Below are positions 9,385 to 18,814 of a stretch of DNA of 64,000 nt, piece after piece. The position numbers and the translations under genes are program-made. The stretch is taken from IMG/VR virus record IMGVR_UViG_3300007512_001412, positions 13,326 to 77,325 of that record. One strand, 5' to 3'. The notes under the pieces are model-generated. The model searched no databases, was not told where the DNA came from, and worked only from the letters and a program-made list of their open reading frames with translations. The number at the start of each line of letters is the position of its first letter. Position 1 is the first letter of the stretch. The stretch comes from a virus.

Positions 9385-9702
9385 TCATGCCGTGTGCTTG
9401 AGCCGGTCCATCTGCGCGGCCTGGAGTCGCCGCACCTCCGCCCGTGTCGGGGCGGGACGAAGTGGGAACGTCGGCCAGCCCCGTTGGCGCTGCCGGTCGT
9501 ACCGATCCACGCTGCCGTAGAAGCCGTCGCAGGGGCCGTGGGTCGCCAGCCCGGACGGGTTGGTGCCGCGCCCGTAGGTGTTGCCGCACCCCGGGCAGAT
9601 CCGGTAGTACCCGGCGAGGCGTGAGCCCGAAGCAGACGGGGCCTGCCGCAGCCATTGCCGCTGCAAGATCCACCGGAGCGTGGGGCACCGCTTCCGCCGC
9701 AT
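9385..9702 (-). CDS. Small basic hypothetical protein with CPGC
   Basis: Translationally coupled to 9702..10055. Confidence 0.45.
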   Translation of the reverse strand: MRRKRCPTLRWILQRQWLRQAPSASGSRLAGYYRICPGCGNTYGRGTNPSGLATHGPCDGFYGSVDRYDRQRQRGWPTFPLRPAPTRAEVRRLQAAQMDRLKHTA

Positions 9703-10055
9703 CAGCGCGCGCGTGCGAGGGCCGCTGCGGCTGCGATCTGCTCCGGGGTCGCGGTCTTCTCGCCTGAGTACACCGCGAGCAGGAAGTCGTAGGCTTCCTC
9801 GCCCCTCCGGGTCGCGTCCACGCGGCGTTGCCCCTTGTCCCACTCCGCCTGATCCACGGCGACGTCGGCCTTGGCTTCCTCGATCTGATCGAGCAGCGCC
9901 ACCCGGAAGTCGCGCAGGGGGTGGTCGGAGGGGAGATCGGCGGGGATGATCTCCAGCAGCGCCAGCCCCACGATCGCGGACGGCTCCAGGCACAAGTCCT
10001 GCGCCTCCAGGGTCGGGCGGGGGTCGATGAAGAAGCGTCGTTGGTGTCGTCTCAC
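9702..10055 (-). CDS. Hypothetical protein
   Basis: GTGA overlap with the upstream RHH-like gene. High GC3. Confidence 0.55.
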   Translation of the reverse strand: MRRHQRRFFIDPRPTLEAQDLCLEPSAIVGLALLEIIPADLPSDHPLRDFRVALLDQIEEAKADVAVDQAEWDKGQRRVDATRRGEEAYDFLLAVYSGEKTATPEQIAAAAALARAR

Positions 10056-10354
10056 GTCAGGTTCCAATCGGGCTGTGCGGGTGCGTCGGACTCGTCGGGC
10101 GGGATCGGGGCAGGGGCGTCGGCGGCGGCTTCCTTCAAGCCCAGGAGGGCCGCGACGCTGCGCCGGTCGGCTTCATGCGCTTCGATCGCGTTGATCCAGG
10201 CGGGGTCGGTGGGGAGCGCGGCGAGGTAGTCGGTGAGCGCCGCGTGTAGGACCGCCGCCATCGACGTCCCCCGCACGTCGGCCACCTTCCGAAGCAGCGC
10301 CCGCTGGCGGCTGTTGAGGTGGATCGTGAACGGAGTGCCCTTGCTGTTGCTCAT
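10052..10354 (-). CDS. Ribbon-helix-helix (CopG/Arc-like) regulator
   Basis: FTIHLNSRQRALLRKVADVRGTSMAAVLHAALTDY fits the RHH pattern. AGAGG RBS. Confidence 0.65.
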   Translation of the reverse strand: MSNSKGTPFTIHLNSRQRALLRKVADVRGTSMAAVLHAALTDYLAALPTDPAWINAIEAHEADRRSVAALLGLKEAAADAPAPIPPDESDAPAQPDWNLT

Positions 10355-10555
10355 GCGCGTGTACCTCTATAGGGGCCGGGGCGGCGGGTAGAGCAGGTTT
10401 GGCCCGTACTCGTTGAACAGCGCAAGCCCTACCCGACTGCCACGGCCCCCAGGAGTGTGCCGGTGGTGGATCGGGTCGTCAAGGGCGCAGTACATCGAAT
10501 CCCGATCCTCCCTTCCAGGGATTAACGATTCTTTATCATTATCGTGAGAAAGTGG

Positions 10556-10590
10556 TTGTCAGGATCGATGGGGGGATTATCATAGCTATG
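10556..10590 (+). promoter_or_regulatory. Promoter with RTAGCTAY operator
   Basis: TTGTCA-16-TATCAT with an AT-rich upstream tract. Palindrome CATAGCTATG overlaps the -10/start. Confidence 0.65.
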
Positions 10591-10710
10591 TCGATGGGGG
10601 GTCACCCCCCTGCTCCTGGGGAGCTATCCGCCTTGCATTGAGCAGGACGCTCCACCAGCCCAGCCGTTCAGTCGGTGGTGTGGAACCGGGGGGGTGCCTC
10701 CCCCATCGAC
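10590..10710 (+). ncRNA. Candidate structured RNA or 5' leader
   Basis: GTCGATGGGG (10590) pairs with CCCCATCGAC (10701), extended by CACCCCCC/GGGGGGTG. Internal CCTGCTC/GAGCAGG stem. Starts right after the promoter. Confidence 0.4.
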
Positions 10711-10737
10711 GCTGATGGACTACCAACCGGAGACACC

Positions 10738-10998
10738 ATGACCATGAGCAACCCCAACGACTTCGTCGCCGGCTACCGCATCGAGGATGCGCTCGCCGCC
10801 CTGCGGGACGCCCGCAACCACCCGATGCCTGCGGGGGCCGCTGCCGCCGTCGAGGCGTGCATCGTCACGCTGGAGTCGTGCCAGCACTTGCTGCCGTCGC
10901 CCCAGGCGGTCCCCCCGTCCTGCCGGTTCCCGGCCCCCTCCGACCCGTCGTGGTCGAACACCCCCATCGTGGCGCTGCCGCCCGTGAGGAAGCCATGA
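10738..10998 (+). CDS. Hypothetical early protein
   Basis: GGAG RBS before the ATG. Confidence 0.55.
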   Translation: MTMSNPNDFVAGYRIEDALAALRDARNHPMPAGAAAAVEACIVTLESCQHLLPSPQAVPPSCRFPAPSDPSWSNTPIVALPPVRKP

Positions 10999-11038
10999 GC
11001 CGCCTCTCCCCCTGGGCTCCGATTGCGCGGAGGCTCCG

Positions 11039-11398
11039 GTGAACTGCGGCTCCTGCGGAGAGGGGCCGCTGGCCTCCTACGGATACCTCCTGCTCGACCC
11101 GGGCGTGAAGGCGTGCTCGGACTGCATCGACAAGGAGAAGTCCGACCCGCGCTACCGTGGTGCCGAGGTCCAGGAGCTGCGGGACTACGCCGACCGGATG
11201 GTCAGCGTCCACGGCTGTGCCCCGGCCCAGGCCGACGCGGTTCGACACGCGGCCTCCGAGATGGAGGGAACGCACAACCCCGACGACTGCCACCTCTGCA
11301 ACGCGGAGCGCCACGAGGTCCCCTACTGCCGCAAGTGCGGCGCGTTGGACTCGGGGACCTGCCATTGCTGGCACGAGGACCTGGGAGGTAACCGATGA
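11039..11398 (+). CDS. Cys-rich zinc-binding hypothetical protein
   Basis: CGSC, CSDC, CHLC, CRKC. GGAGG RBS. Confidence 0.6.
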   Translation: MNCGSCGEGPLASYGYLLLDPGVKACSDCIDKEKSDPRYRGAEVQELRDYADRMVSVHGCAPAQADAVRHAASEMEGTHNPDDCHLCNAERHEVPYCRKCGALDSGTCHCWHEDLGGNR

Positions 11399-11628
11399 CC
11401 GGCAAGGACTGGCACGCCGCCCTCCGAGACGCCGCCACCCGCGCCCGGGAGCGCGAGGCCGCGAAGGACACGCGCCCCAAGCGCGGGACCCGCGTGGTCT
11501 GCGACAAGGGCGCGGGTGTCATCCACGGCCCCGACCCGACCAACAGCGCCCGCGTCATGGTGAACGTGAACGGGCGGCTGTACTCCGTCCACGCCCTGCT
11601 GACCTTCCCCGACGAACACGGGAGCTAG
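11395..11628 (+). CDS. Hypothetical protein
   Basis: GGAGG RBS and ATGA overlap. Confidence 0.55.
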   Translation: MTGKDWHAALRDAATRAREREAAKDTRPKRGTRVVCDKGAGVIHGPDPTNSARVMVNVNGRLYSVHALLTFPDEHGS

Positions 11629-11630
11629 AC

Positions 11631-11882
11631 ATGAGTCCGATGATGGCGTACTACGTCCTGCCCGACCGCAAGACCGTGGTCGAGTACACCCTCGCCGCCA
11701 CGCGCGGGATCGCCGCCACGCGCGACGGGATCATCCTGGCGCTCCCTGACGGAAGCGAGGGCTTCGTACCAGAGTCGCACGTCGTAAACGCCCGCCTGTT
11801 CGCCGTCCACCCCGACGAGAACGACCTGTGCAAGCGGGCCGACGACGGGACCATCATCTACCGGGGGGAGCCCCTGCCATGA
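11631..11882 (+). CDS. Hypothetical protein
   Basis: GGAG RBS. 3' part of ORF 11157..11882. Confidence 0.5.
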   Translation: MSPMMAYYVLPDRKTVVEYTLAATRGIAATRDGIILALPDGSEGFVPESHVVNARLFAVHPDENDLCKRADDGTIIYRGEPLP

Positions 11883-12667
11883 TCATCGGTCTGACCGGCA
11901 AGGCCGGGAGCGGTAGGACCACGGTGGCCCGCTTCCTGCGCGAGCAAGGGTTCGCCTCCCTGGCGTTCGCGGACCCGCGTGAGGCGTTCGTGCGCGAAGT
12001 CGAGGTTGCTGGCTGTGCCGTCTGGACTTGTGGTTACTGCAACTGGATCGGGGAGCACCCCGATCACGGCGAAGGTGGATTCACCTGTCCACGCTGCGAG
12101 GCCGTCGAACCGGCCAAGCGGCCCGTGACCGCCCAACTCGCGCTCCAACGTCTTGAGGAATGGGGCCGTGCCCTGGACCCCGACGTGTGGGCTCGCCTGG
12201 GCGTGCGCCGCGCGCAGGGGGTCCTCCGGGTGGCGCGGGGGACGGCCCCGCTTGCCGTGGGGTCGGAGCCCTTCCTCGCACGCCTCCGCTGCGAGGTGTC
12301 CTTTGGGGGCCGGGTGAACCTCGACGGGAGCTACCTCTCGCGCGACCCGTCGCCTCGCCCACCCGGCGTCGATCCGCTCCCCCTGATCCGGGGCGTCGTC
12401 ATCACCGACTGCCGCTTCCCCAACGAGGCCGCTGCGATCCGCGAGGCCGGGGGTGTCATCTGGCGGGTGGAGCGCCCCGACACGTTCAAGGCGCTCACGA
12501 TGGTCAACGTCCCCCCGAAGATGGCCCGCAAGGTCTTCGACGCCGCGTGGCGCTCCCACGCCTCCGAAACGGAGCAGGACGGCATCGAGGCCAACGTGGT
12601 CCTGATCAACGACGGCACCCTGGACGACTTGCGCGCCGAGGTGTCAAACGAGTTGCTGGAGGACTGA
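11879..12667 (+). CDS. Deoxynucleoside monophosphate kinase-like protein with zinc-ribbon insert
   Basis: MIIGLTGKAGSGRT, LAFADP, LQRL..WGR...PDVW, VVITDCRFPNEA, HASE, LINDGTLDDL. Confidence 0.85.
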   Translation: MIIGLTGKAGSGRTTVARFLREQGFASLAFADPREAFVREVEVAGCAVWTCGYCNWIGEHPDHGEGGFTCPRCEAVEPAKRPVTAQLALQRLEEWGRALDPDVWARLGVRRAQGVLRVARGTAPLAVGSEPFLARLRCEVSFGGRVNLDGSYLSRDPSPRPPGVDPLPLIRGVVITDCRFPNEAAAIREAGGVIWRVERPDTFKALTMVNVPPKMARKVFDAAWRSHASETEQDGIEANVVLINDGTLDDLRAEVSNELLED

Positions 12668-13038
12668 TGGGGACCGTCTACTACATCGTGGACCTCGACC
12701 GGCGCGAGGCGCTGTGCCTCAACAAGTGGCACTACCTCGACGGAGCGACGTCGCCGGGGGGCGACACCCTCCGCTCGACGCCCCACCCCTCCCGGCTCCC
12801 CGACGCGGAGCCGACGCACTTCGGCTACGTCCGCAACGCGCTGGCGAACGCGATCCTCGACGGGACCCCGGTCCCCGACGACGTCGTGACCCGGCTCGTC
12901 GCCTTCGTGCGTGATGCCGTCAAGCCGGTGCTGTGGGACGACAGCGCCGCCTTGTGCCCACCGTGGGAACGTGAGGCCGGCTCGCCCGTCGCGGGCTGGA
13001 CCGTGATCGACTGGACGACCGGGGAGCTGGTGACATGA
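12667..13038 (+). CDS. Hypothetical protein
   Basis: GGAGG RBS. Coupled to the kinase stop. Confidence 0.55.
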   Translation: MGTVYYIVDLDRREALCLNKWHYLDGATSPGGDTLRSTPHPSRLPDAEPTHFGYVRNALANAILDGTPVPDDVVTRLVAFVRDAVKPVLWDDSAALCPPWEREAGSPVAGWTVIDWTTGELVT

Positions 13039-13607
13039 CCGACGCTCTTGCACCTCCGGGCGTACCGGAAGCAGCACAAGATCGTGACGACGTACCTCAT
13101 TCCGCGGACCGTGGGACACCCCCAAGGAGACAACGACATGATCGTGGATCGACAGACCCTCACCCCGGCTCAGGGCGGCTCCTTGCCGACCCTGCCGACG
13201 CACGATTGGCAACCGTGGGCGACCCTCCCGGTCCCGTCGCGGGGCCTGGACGCCGCGAGCAGGGAGTACTCGCTGCCCCGCCGACGCTGCAAGCGGTGCG
13301 GGAAGATCGAGGTCGGGATCGGGGACGGCCCCGCGCCCCCCGGCGACCCCGCCTGCCGGGGCTGATCCTGACAACGACTGCGACGGCTACGTCCCCAACT
13401 GGACGTTCGCGCCTTGCGCAGCGTGCGGGAAGCTGCGACACATCAACGGGCGGGACCGCTCCGTCACCCTGGTGGAGCACCTGAGCGACGGGGACAGCGC
13501 CTTGGCCGCGTGGGAGAGCGCCGCGCAGGAGGGGCCGGGACGGCACATGACGGACGAGGAATTCATCGCGGCCTTGAGCCAGTCGGACGTGCGGGAGGGT
13601 CCGTGAC
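13035..13607 (+). pseudogene. Apparently frameshifted hypothetical gene
   Basis: The high-GC3 frame switches near 13040 and near 13361 (DPACRG / ADPDNDCDGY), suggesting decay or sequencing error. Confidence 0.3.
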
Positions 13608-14685
13608 CGACGACGGACCAAATCGTCAAGAGCTTGTCAAGGATCCATTCCCGGTGGAGCGGGAAGGGCTCCCGGTTCGCGGTCCCTTGGGCGTCCCGGC
13701 GACCGTCGCCCGTGACCCGGATCTGACGGAGGACGAGGTCGAGGCGATCAAGGCGACGATGGCGCAAGCCGACGCCGACAACACCAAGCGGGCGTACACG
13801 GCGGCGTGGCGGTCCTTCACGGACTGGTGCGAGCGTCGGGGGGCGACTCCCCTGCCCTGCACCCCGGTGACGCTGGCGGCGTACCTGCGGCTCGCCACGC
13901 AGCGGGACGGGTCGCCCTACACGGTGTCCTCGCTGTCCCTGCACCTGTCCGCGATCAAGCGGGCGCACCGCACGTGGAACCTCGCCGCCCCCACGGAGCA
14001 CCCGTACGTCTACCAGACGTGGCGCGGGCTGCGCCGGGAGCGTGGCACCCACCAACAGGGAGCGACCGCGCTGACCGCCGACTTGCTGCGGAAGGTGGTC
14101 GCCGGCATCCCCCCGGGGGTGCAGGGGATGCGGGATCGGGCGCTGCTGCTGGTCGGCTTCGCCGGGGCGTTCCGACGCAGCGAGTTGGTCGCCCTGCGGC
14201 TCTGTGACGTGCGCCTGCTGCCCGAAGGGGTGCGCCTCCGGGTGGAGCGCCGCAAGACCGGCGACGAGCCGGTGTGGCTCGACTTCCGGCGCTCCGGGGG
14301 CCTGTACTGCCCCGTGGACGCCTTGGGCGACTACATCGATGCCCTGGCCGCGTCGGACACCCCGCTGTCCATCGCGGAGGGGGGCCGGGGAACGGCGCTG
14401 TGGCGGCAGCACGGCACGGGCGCGGGGGGCCTCTCTGCGGGCTCCGTCCGGTTGGTGGTTCGCCGTGCGTGCGACCGCGTGGGGCTCGACCCGGACCTGT
14501 TCAGCGCGCACAGCCTCCGATCCGGGTTCGCCACGTCGGCGGCGGAGAGCGGTCTGAGCGCGATGGAGATCAGGGAGGCGGGCGGCTGGAAGTCGGTCGT
14601 CACCGTGGACCGCTACGTCCAACACCGCCGCCAGATGGGGGCCGACGCGCCCCGCTCCCGCGTCATCGCGGACCTGACCGACTAG
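13603..14685 (+). CDS. Tyrosine recombinase, Cre-like resolvase type
   Basis: SAM-like domain (ADNTKRAY..W..F..WC), RDRALLLVGFAGAFRRSEL, HSLRSG, GW, RYV. GGAGGG RBS before GTG 13603. Confidence 0.92.
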   Translation: MTDDGPNRQELVKDPFPVEREGLPVRGPLGVPATVARDPDLTEDEVEAIKATMAQADADNTKRAYTAAWRSFTDWCERRGATPLPCTPVTLAAYLRLATQRDGSPYTVSSLSLHLSAIKRAHRTWNLAAPTEHPYVYQTWRGLRRERGTHQQGATALTADLLRKVVAGIPPGVQGMRDRALLLVGFAGAFRRSELVALRLCDVRLLPEGVRLRVERRKTGDEPVWLDFRRSGGLYCPVDALGDYIDALAASDTPLSIAEGGRGTALWRQHGTGAGGLSAGSVRLVVRRACDRVGLDPDLFSAHSLRSGFATSAAESGLSAMEIREAGGWKSVVTVDRYVQHRRQMGADAPRSRVIADLTD

Positions 14686-15032
14686 ACGACGTGGACCGTA
14701 GCCGTCCCGCGTGCGATGTACAGATCCTTGACCTGACGCACCGTGGGGTGCTCGACGCCGTGCGCCCGGATCGTGGCGCGCAGAGGGAAGGTGCTCCCCA
14801 CGGTCCCCGGCTTGGGCGGGTACGCGATGATCTTGAGCTTGACGTCATGGGGGTCGGCGGGGGCCTCCACGATCTCATAGATCGCGCCGGGGACGACGCC
14901 CCGGACCCGGAAGCCGACGAGCCGGTCGGTGCGCTGTACCGCAGTCTCACCGCGCTTCGGGAACGCCAGGAGGCCGATCGCGCCCGCACCCAGGAGTAGG
15001 GGCCACAGGAGAGGGGATCGGGACTTCGCCAT
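14682..15032 (-). CDS. Membrane-anchored hypothetical protein
   Basis: N-terminal TM LLWPLLLGAGAIGLLAF. Confidence 0.6.
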   Translation of the reverse strand: MAKSRSPLLWPLLLGAGAIGLLAFPKRGETAVQRTDRLVGFRVRGVVPGAIYEIVEAPADPHDVKLKIIAYPPKPGTVGSTFPLRATIRAHGVEHPTVRQVKDLYIARGTATVHVV

Positions 15033-15050
15033 GCGGGGAAGCTACCACGG

Positions 15051-15350
15051 TCAGCCTTCCTCGCGGTACGGATCGTAGGGCTGCGCGCCGGGGGCGTCGT
15101 CGTAGGGGTCGTCGTAGAGCCCGTCGTGTTCGCGGGCGGGGGAGAGTCCGTGCCCCGCGACCCGGGCGCGACCACGCGCCATCGCGTCGGGGACGTCCTC
15201 GCGGACCAGGGTCAGGGAGTCGCGGACGATCAGTGCGCCCGTGCCGGGAATGTCGATCAGGTCCGCAGCGGTGCCGACGACGTCAGCCGCCCTCTGTGCT
15301 CCCCTCGCCCGGTTCACCCACGCCTCGATCCGGTCCCACGGAATACCCAT
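15051..15350 (-). CDS. Hypothetical protein
   Basis: GGAGAG RBS before ATG 15350. Confidence 0.5.
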   Translation of the reverse strand: MGIPWDRIEAWVNRARGAQRAADVVGTAADLIDIPGTGALIVRDSLTLVREDVPDAMARGRARVAGHGLSPAREHDGLYDDPYDDAPGAQPYDPYREEG

Positions 15351-15516
15351 CCATGCTCTCCCGCCGTGCCTTCCGCAGAATGGTATCCGCTTCGCGGAGG
15401 CCCGCCGACCGGAAGAACACGGTGGCAGGGATTCCTTGTACGCGGGCGGCGTCCGCGATCCGCTCCCACTCGTCTTCACGCAGCGGGATGCCTCGATTCT
15501 TCCTTCGTTCAACCAT
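15283..15516 (-). CDS. RHH-like small regulator
   Basis: RGIPLREDEWERIADAARVQGIPATVFFRSA. Appears leaderless after a TATACT -10. Confidence 0.55.
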   Translation of the reverse strand: MVERRKNRGIPLREDEWERIADAARVQGIPATVFFRSAGLREADTILRKARRESMDGYSVGPDRGVGEPGEGSTEGG

Positions 15517-15521
15517 GCTGA

Positions 15522-15551
15522 TAGTATAGCTACACCGTAGCGATACTACAA
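15522..15551 (-). promoter_or_regulatory. Promoter overlapped by a 12-bp inverted repeat containing RTAGCTAY
   Basis: Minus strand TTGTAG-17-TATACT. TAGTATAGCTAC-acc-GTAGCGATACTA inverted repeat with 1 mismatch. Confidence 0.65.
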
Positions 15552-15561
15552 CGAGGTTTGC

Positions 15562-16182
15562 ATGAGCGAGGACGGATCGGAGCGCGTGTCCACCGCGATC
15601 TACACGCGCGTGTCCACGCGGGCGCAGGCGCGTGAGTGCGGCACGGAGTACCAGCGGGAGCCGCTACTCGCCCTGGCGGCGACTTGGGGCCTGGACCTGA
15701 CGGGAGTCTTCGCGGACGGCCCTCCGGGGGACAACGAGGACGCCTTCCGGGGCGACCTGGGGATGCCGGGGCGGGATCGGCTCCTCGACGCGGTGCGGAG
15801 CGGGCGGTTCAACTGCGTCCTGATCTGGCGACTCGACCGCATCGCGCAGACCCCCGATGACCTGATCGACGTCCTGCGGGAGCTTGACCAGTGGGGCGTG
15901 CGCCTCGTCAGCTACAGCGAGTCGTTCGATTCCACAACGCCACGCGGTCGCGCTATGGTAGCCATCGTTGACGCGATGGCGGATCTTCGATACCAGACCT
16001 TGCGCGAGCGGACCCAGGCGGGCTTGGATCGCAAGCGCGCGAAGGAAGTCGGCGCGGCCCCTCTCCCCACGGGCGGGGAAGCCCGGGAAGCCCTCGCGGA
16101 GCACGGCTCCGTACGCCGCGCCTCCCGTGCCCTGGGCGTGTCGATCCATGATTTCCGGGGCATCGTGTTACAACCGGACTGA
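15562..16182 (+). CDS. Small serine recombinase (resolvase/invertase)
   Basis: AIYTRVST catalytic motif, VLIWRLDRIA, FDSTTPRGR, RERTQAGL, C-terminal HTH. Confidence 0.9.
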   Translation: MSEDGSERVSTAIYTRVSTRAQARECGTEYQREPLLALAATWGLDLTGVFADGPPGDNEDAFRGDLGMPGRDRLLDAVRSGRFNCVLIWRLDRIAQTPDDLIDVLRELDQWGVRLVSYSESFDSTTPRGRAMVAIVDAMADLRYQTLRERTQAGLDRKRAKEVGAAPLPTGGEAREALAEHGSVRRASRALGVSIHDFRGIVLQPD

Positions 16183-17141
16183 TGCCCCACCCCACCTACG
16201 CTCTCCTGGGCGCAGCGGGCTACATCGCCCCTCGCCACCTCGACGCCATTGCCGCGACCGGAGGCACCCTCGTCGCAGCGGCAGACCCCCACGATTCGGT
16301 CGGCATCCTCGACAAGCACTTCCCCGACGCGGCGTTCTTCGCCGGCCCCGACTGCGACGAGCGGTTGTTCGGAGCCATCGCGCGGCGCGACCTGGGGCAC
16401 GTGGATCGGGTGGTGGTCTGCTCCCCCAACGACCTGCACGTCGTCCACACGGTCAGCGCCCTCAAGGTGGGCTGCGACGTCATCTGCGAGAAGCCCCTGG
16501 CCCTGACGACCACCGGGATCGCGGCGATCCAGCGGGCGGAGCAGGAGAGCGGTCGGCAGGCGTGGACCGTGGTGCAGCTTCGACACCTCCCCCGCATCCT
16601 CGATCTTCGGCCCCGGTGGCGCTCCACGGGCACGCAGTCCCGTGCCCGGGTGACGCTGTCCTACGTGACCCGGCGTGGTCCCTGGTACGCCGAATCGTGG
16701 AAGGGGGACCCCTCCCGATCCGGGGGCCTCCTGTTCAACCTGGGGATCCATTTCCTCGACCTGTTGACGTGGTGCTTCGGCCCCCTGGAGTCGTGGGACA
16801 CGCTCCTCGCGGAGCCCCACCGGAAGCGCGGCACGTTCCGCTTGGCAAGCGCGGACGTCGAGTGGTTCCTGTCGTCGGACGCGCGGGATCTGGACAACGG
16901 CGACGTCGCGCAGCGGCGCATGACGGTCAACGGGGCGGAGGTCAACCTCGACCCCAACTTCGTCGCCGGCACGCACACCGTCGTCTACCAGTGGATCAAC
17001 TCCGGTAACGGCTTCGGCCCCGCCGACGTGCTGCCGGGGATCGAAGCCGCGTACCAGATCGGGTCACAGGTATCCGGCGCACCGCAGCGCGTACCGGAAC
17101 GCGACGTCCCCGCCGCCACGGCGCGGGCGAGTGCCGATTGA
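16182..17141 (+). CDS. wbpB: Gfo/Idh/MocA oxidoreductase, WbpB/WlbA-like UDP-GlcNAcA 3-dehydrogenase
   Basis: ALLGAAGYIAPRH, DPHDSVGILD, CSPNDLH, CEKPL, QLR, RGPWY..SWKGD..SGG..N.GIHF.D. Confidence 0.85.
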   Translation: MPHPTYALLGAAGYIAPRHLDAIAATGGTLVAAADPHDSVGILDKHFPDAAFFAGPDCDERLFGAIARRDLGHVDRVVVCSPNDLHVVHTVSALKVGCDVICEKPLALTTTGIAAIQRAEQESGRQAWTVVQLRHLPRILDLRPRWRSTGTQSRARVTLSYVTRRGPWYAESWKGDPSRSGGLLFNLGIHFLDLLTWCFGPLESWDTLLAEPHRKRGTFRLASADVEWFLSSDARDLDNGDVAQRRMTVNGAEVNLDPNFVAGTHTVVYQWINSGNGFGPADVLPGIEAAYQIGSQVSGAPQRVPERDVPAATARASAD

Positions 17142-17711
17142 CGCTGTGTCGAGCGGGCGGAGCCGGTAGAGCTTGGGCGAGCCTCCCCGGGGGGTTCGCC
17201 GCGCAGCGGGGGGGAGAAACTCCGGGTAGGTGGAAAACTCCACACGGGACGTCAGGTCAAGGGCAGCGGCCAACTCCTCTTGGACGGCGTCCGGTTCGGT
17301 AACGAGGCGTTCGTAGCGGACCTCCGCCGTGATCAGGTCGGGGTAGGCGTCCCGCTGCTTCATGGTTGCGGTCCACCGCGCAGGCGGCACGTAGTTGCGG
17401 TCCGACGTGATGACGTCCCGCCCGTCCCTGACGATGTTCACGATCCGCAGCCCCGACGCCCGCATGGTCGCGGCCTGCTCGTCCAGGGACTCCTGCTGGA
17501 GTGCTTCGGAAAAGATCGTCCAGCCCTTGCGCTTCGCTACCCACACGGGGCCGGGGTTGCGGTCGGCAACGGCGGTCAGCCGTCCGAAGGGGACTTCGTA
17601 CTCCCCCTTGGGTCCGTAGAGCAGCCGCACGCCCGCGAAGGCGTTGAACATGCGGAACAGGAGCGTGGTGCCCGACTTCGCGCAACCCGTGATCAGGATC
17701 GGAGCAGCCAT
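17064..17711 (-). CDS. Sulfotransferase
   Basis: 5'-PSB loop ITGCAKSGTTLL, 3'-PB IVRDGRDV, VRYERLV. Confidence 0.85.
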   Translation of the reverse strand: MAAPILITGCAKSGTTLLFRMFNAFAGVRLLYGPKGEYEVPFGRLTAVADRNPGPVWVAKRKGWTIFSEALQQESLDEQAATMRASGLRIVNIVRDGRDVITSDRNYVPPARWTATMKQRDAYPDLITAEVRYERLVTEPDAVQEELAAALDLTSRVEFSTYPEFLPPAARRTPRGGSPKLYRLRPLDTASIGTRPRRGGGDVAFRYALRCAGYL

Positions 17712-17778
17712 GCCGTATCCTACTCCGACCCCCGCGTGTACACGCAGGGATTCAAGCCGATCAACGCGGTCGGGTGGA

Positions 17779-18297
17779 TCACGGCTTCGTCCACACGTGC
17801 CAGCGCAGCGTGGGAGCCCACTTCGTTCCGGTGAACGCCGGGGCTTTCTGCACGTGGGTCACGGGCTCGATCCCCAAGCGGAACAGACGCCCGCCCGAAC
17901 GGAGCGCATCCTTGACTCGCTTCTCCGCCCCCGCCCTCACAGAGTCCCGTAGGTGCCGGATCACGAACAGGTCGAGGACGACGTCGTACTCCCGATTGGG
18001 GATCGTGCCCGTGGCGAGGATGGTCGGGTTCCGGGGGGCGAGCCCGTGCAGCAGCACCTCGTACTGCTTGAACGCCCGAATGCGGGAGGCGTCCGGGTCC
18101 ACGCCCACGTAGTTGCCCGGGTCGAGGTACGGGATCAAGTGGATCCCCGTGCGACCGGAGCCGCAGCCGAAGTCGAGCACGTGGTCCTCTGCGCGGAGCC
18201 CTCCGTGTCCGACCAAGAAGTCGAAGTGGTAGCGCCCCAAGACCCACGGGCGTCCGTAGAGGTGATGGTGGTCCTCACGGAGAAGCTGGGGGTCCAC
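17779..18297 (-). CDS. Class I SAM-dependent methyltransferase
   Basis: VLDFGCGSGR, YVGVD, YDVV. Confidence 0.85.
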   Translation of the reverse strand: MDPQLLREDHHHLYGRPWVLGRYHFDFLVGHGGLRAEDHVLDFGCGSGRTGIHLIPYLDPGNYVGVDPDASRIRAFKQYEVLLHGLAPRNPTILATGTIPNREYDVVLDLFVIRHLRDSVRAGAEKRVKDALRSGGRLFRLGIEPVTHVQKAPAFTGTKWAPTLRWHVWTKP

Positions 18298-18349
18298 TAC
18301 CTGTACTTCCTCGCCGGACGGGAATCGGCGCGGACGAGTTGTTGGGGGG

Positions 18350-18752
18350 CTACTCCCACCATCGCAGCGCCTTCCACGCCGCCCCGTCCAACCACTCGAT
18401 GTGGTCCGGGCCAACCCCGTGCGAGGTGTAGCAGTCGCGGAGGCGTTCCTCGTACACGCCCTCCGCAAAGCGGGGCCAGAAACCGAAGTCCGCGAAGTGC
18501 GCGCGCTCGGACTGGCTGTCGTAGTAGGAGCCGTCGTACACGCACGTGACTTGCAGCGTCGGCACTCGGAGGATCACACGGTCACGGCGGTGCTGGTGCC
18601 ACGATTCGGGTGCCACCTCCCGCCAACGCGGTCCCGTGGTGAAGGGTGATGCTCTTGCCATCTTCGGGCTTGGTGTCCTCCCAGCACGTGCGGTCGATGC
18701 ACAGGGAGTACTCGCCGTTCGTGCACGCCGTCGTGGGTGATAAGGGAACGCA
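18350..18752 (-). pseudogene. Hypothetical gene, apparently frameshifted
   Basis: The coding-like frame changes around 18640. The 3' part matches ORF 18350..18811. Confidence 0.3.
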
Positions 18753-18814
18753 TGAAAGTAGTCTCCTTTAGACTGGGGGTTAGTAAGTCCCTTATCCCAG
18801 AAACTATCCAATAG

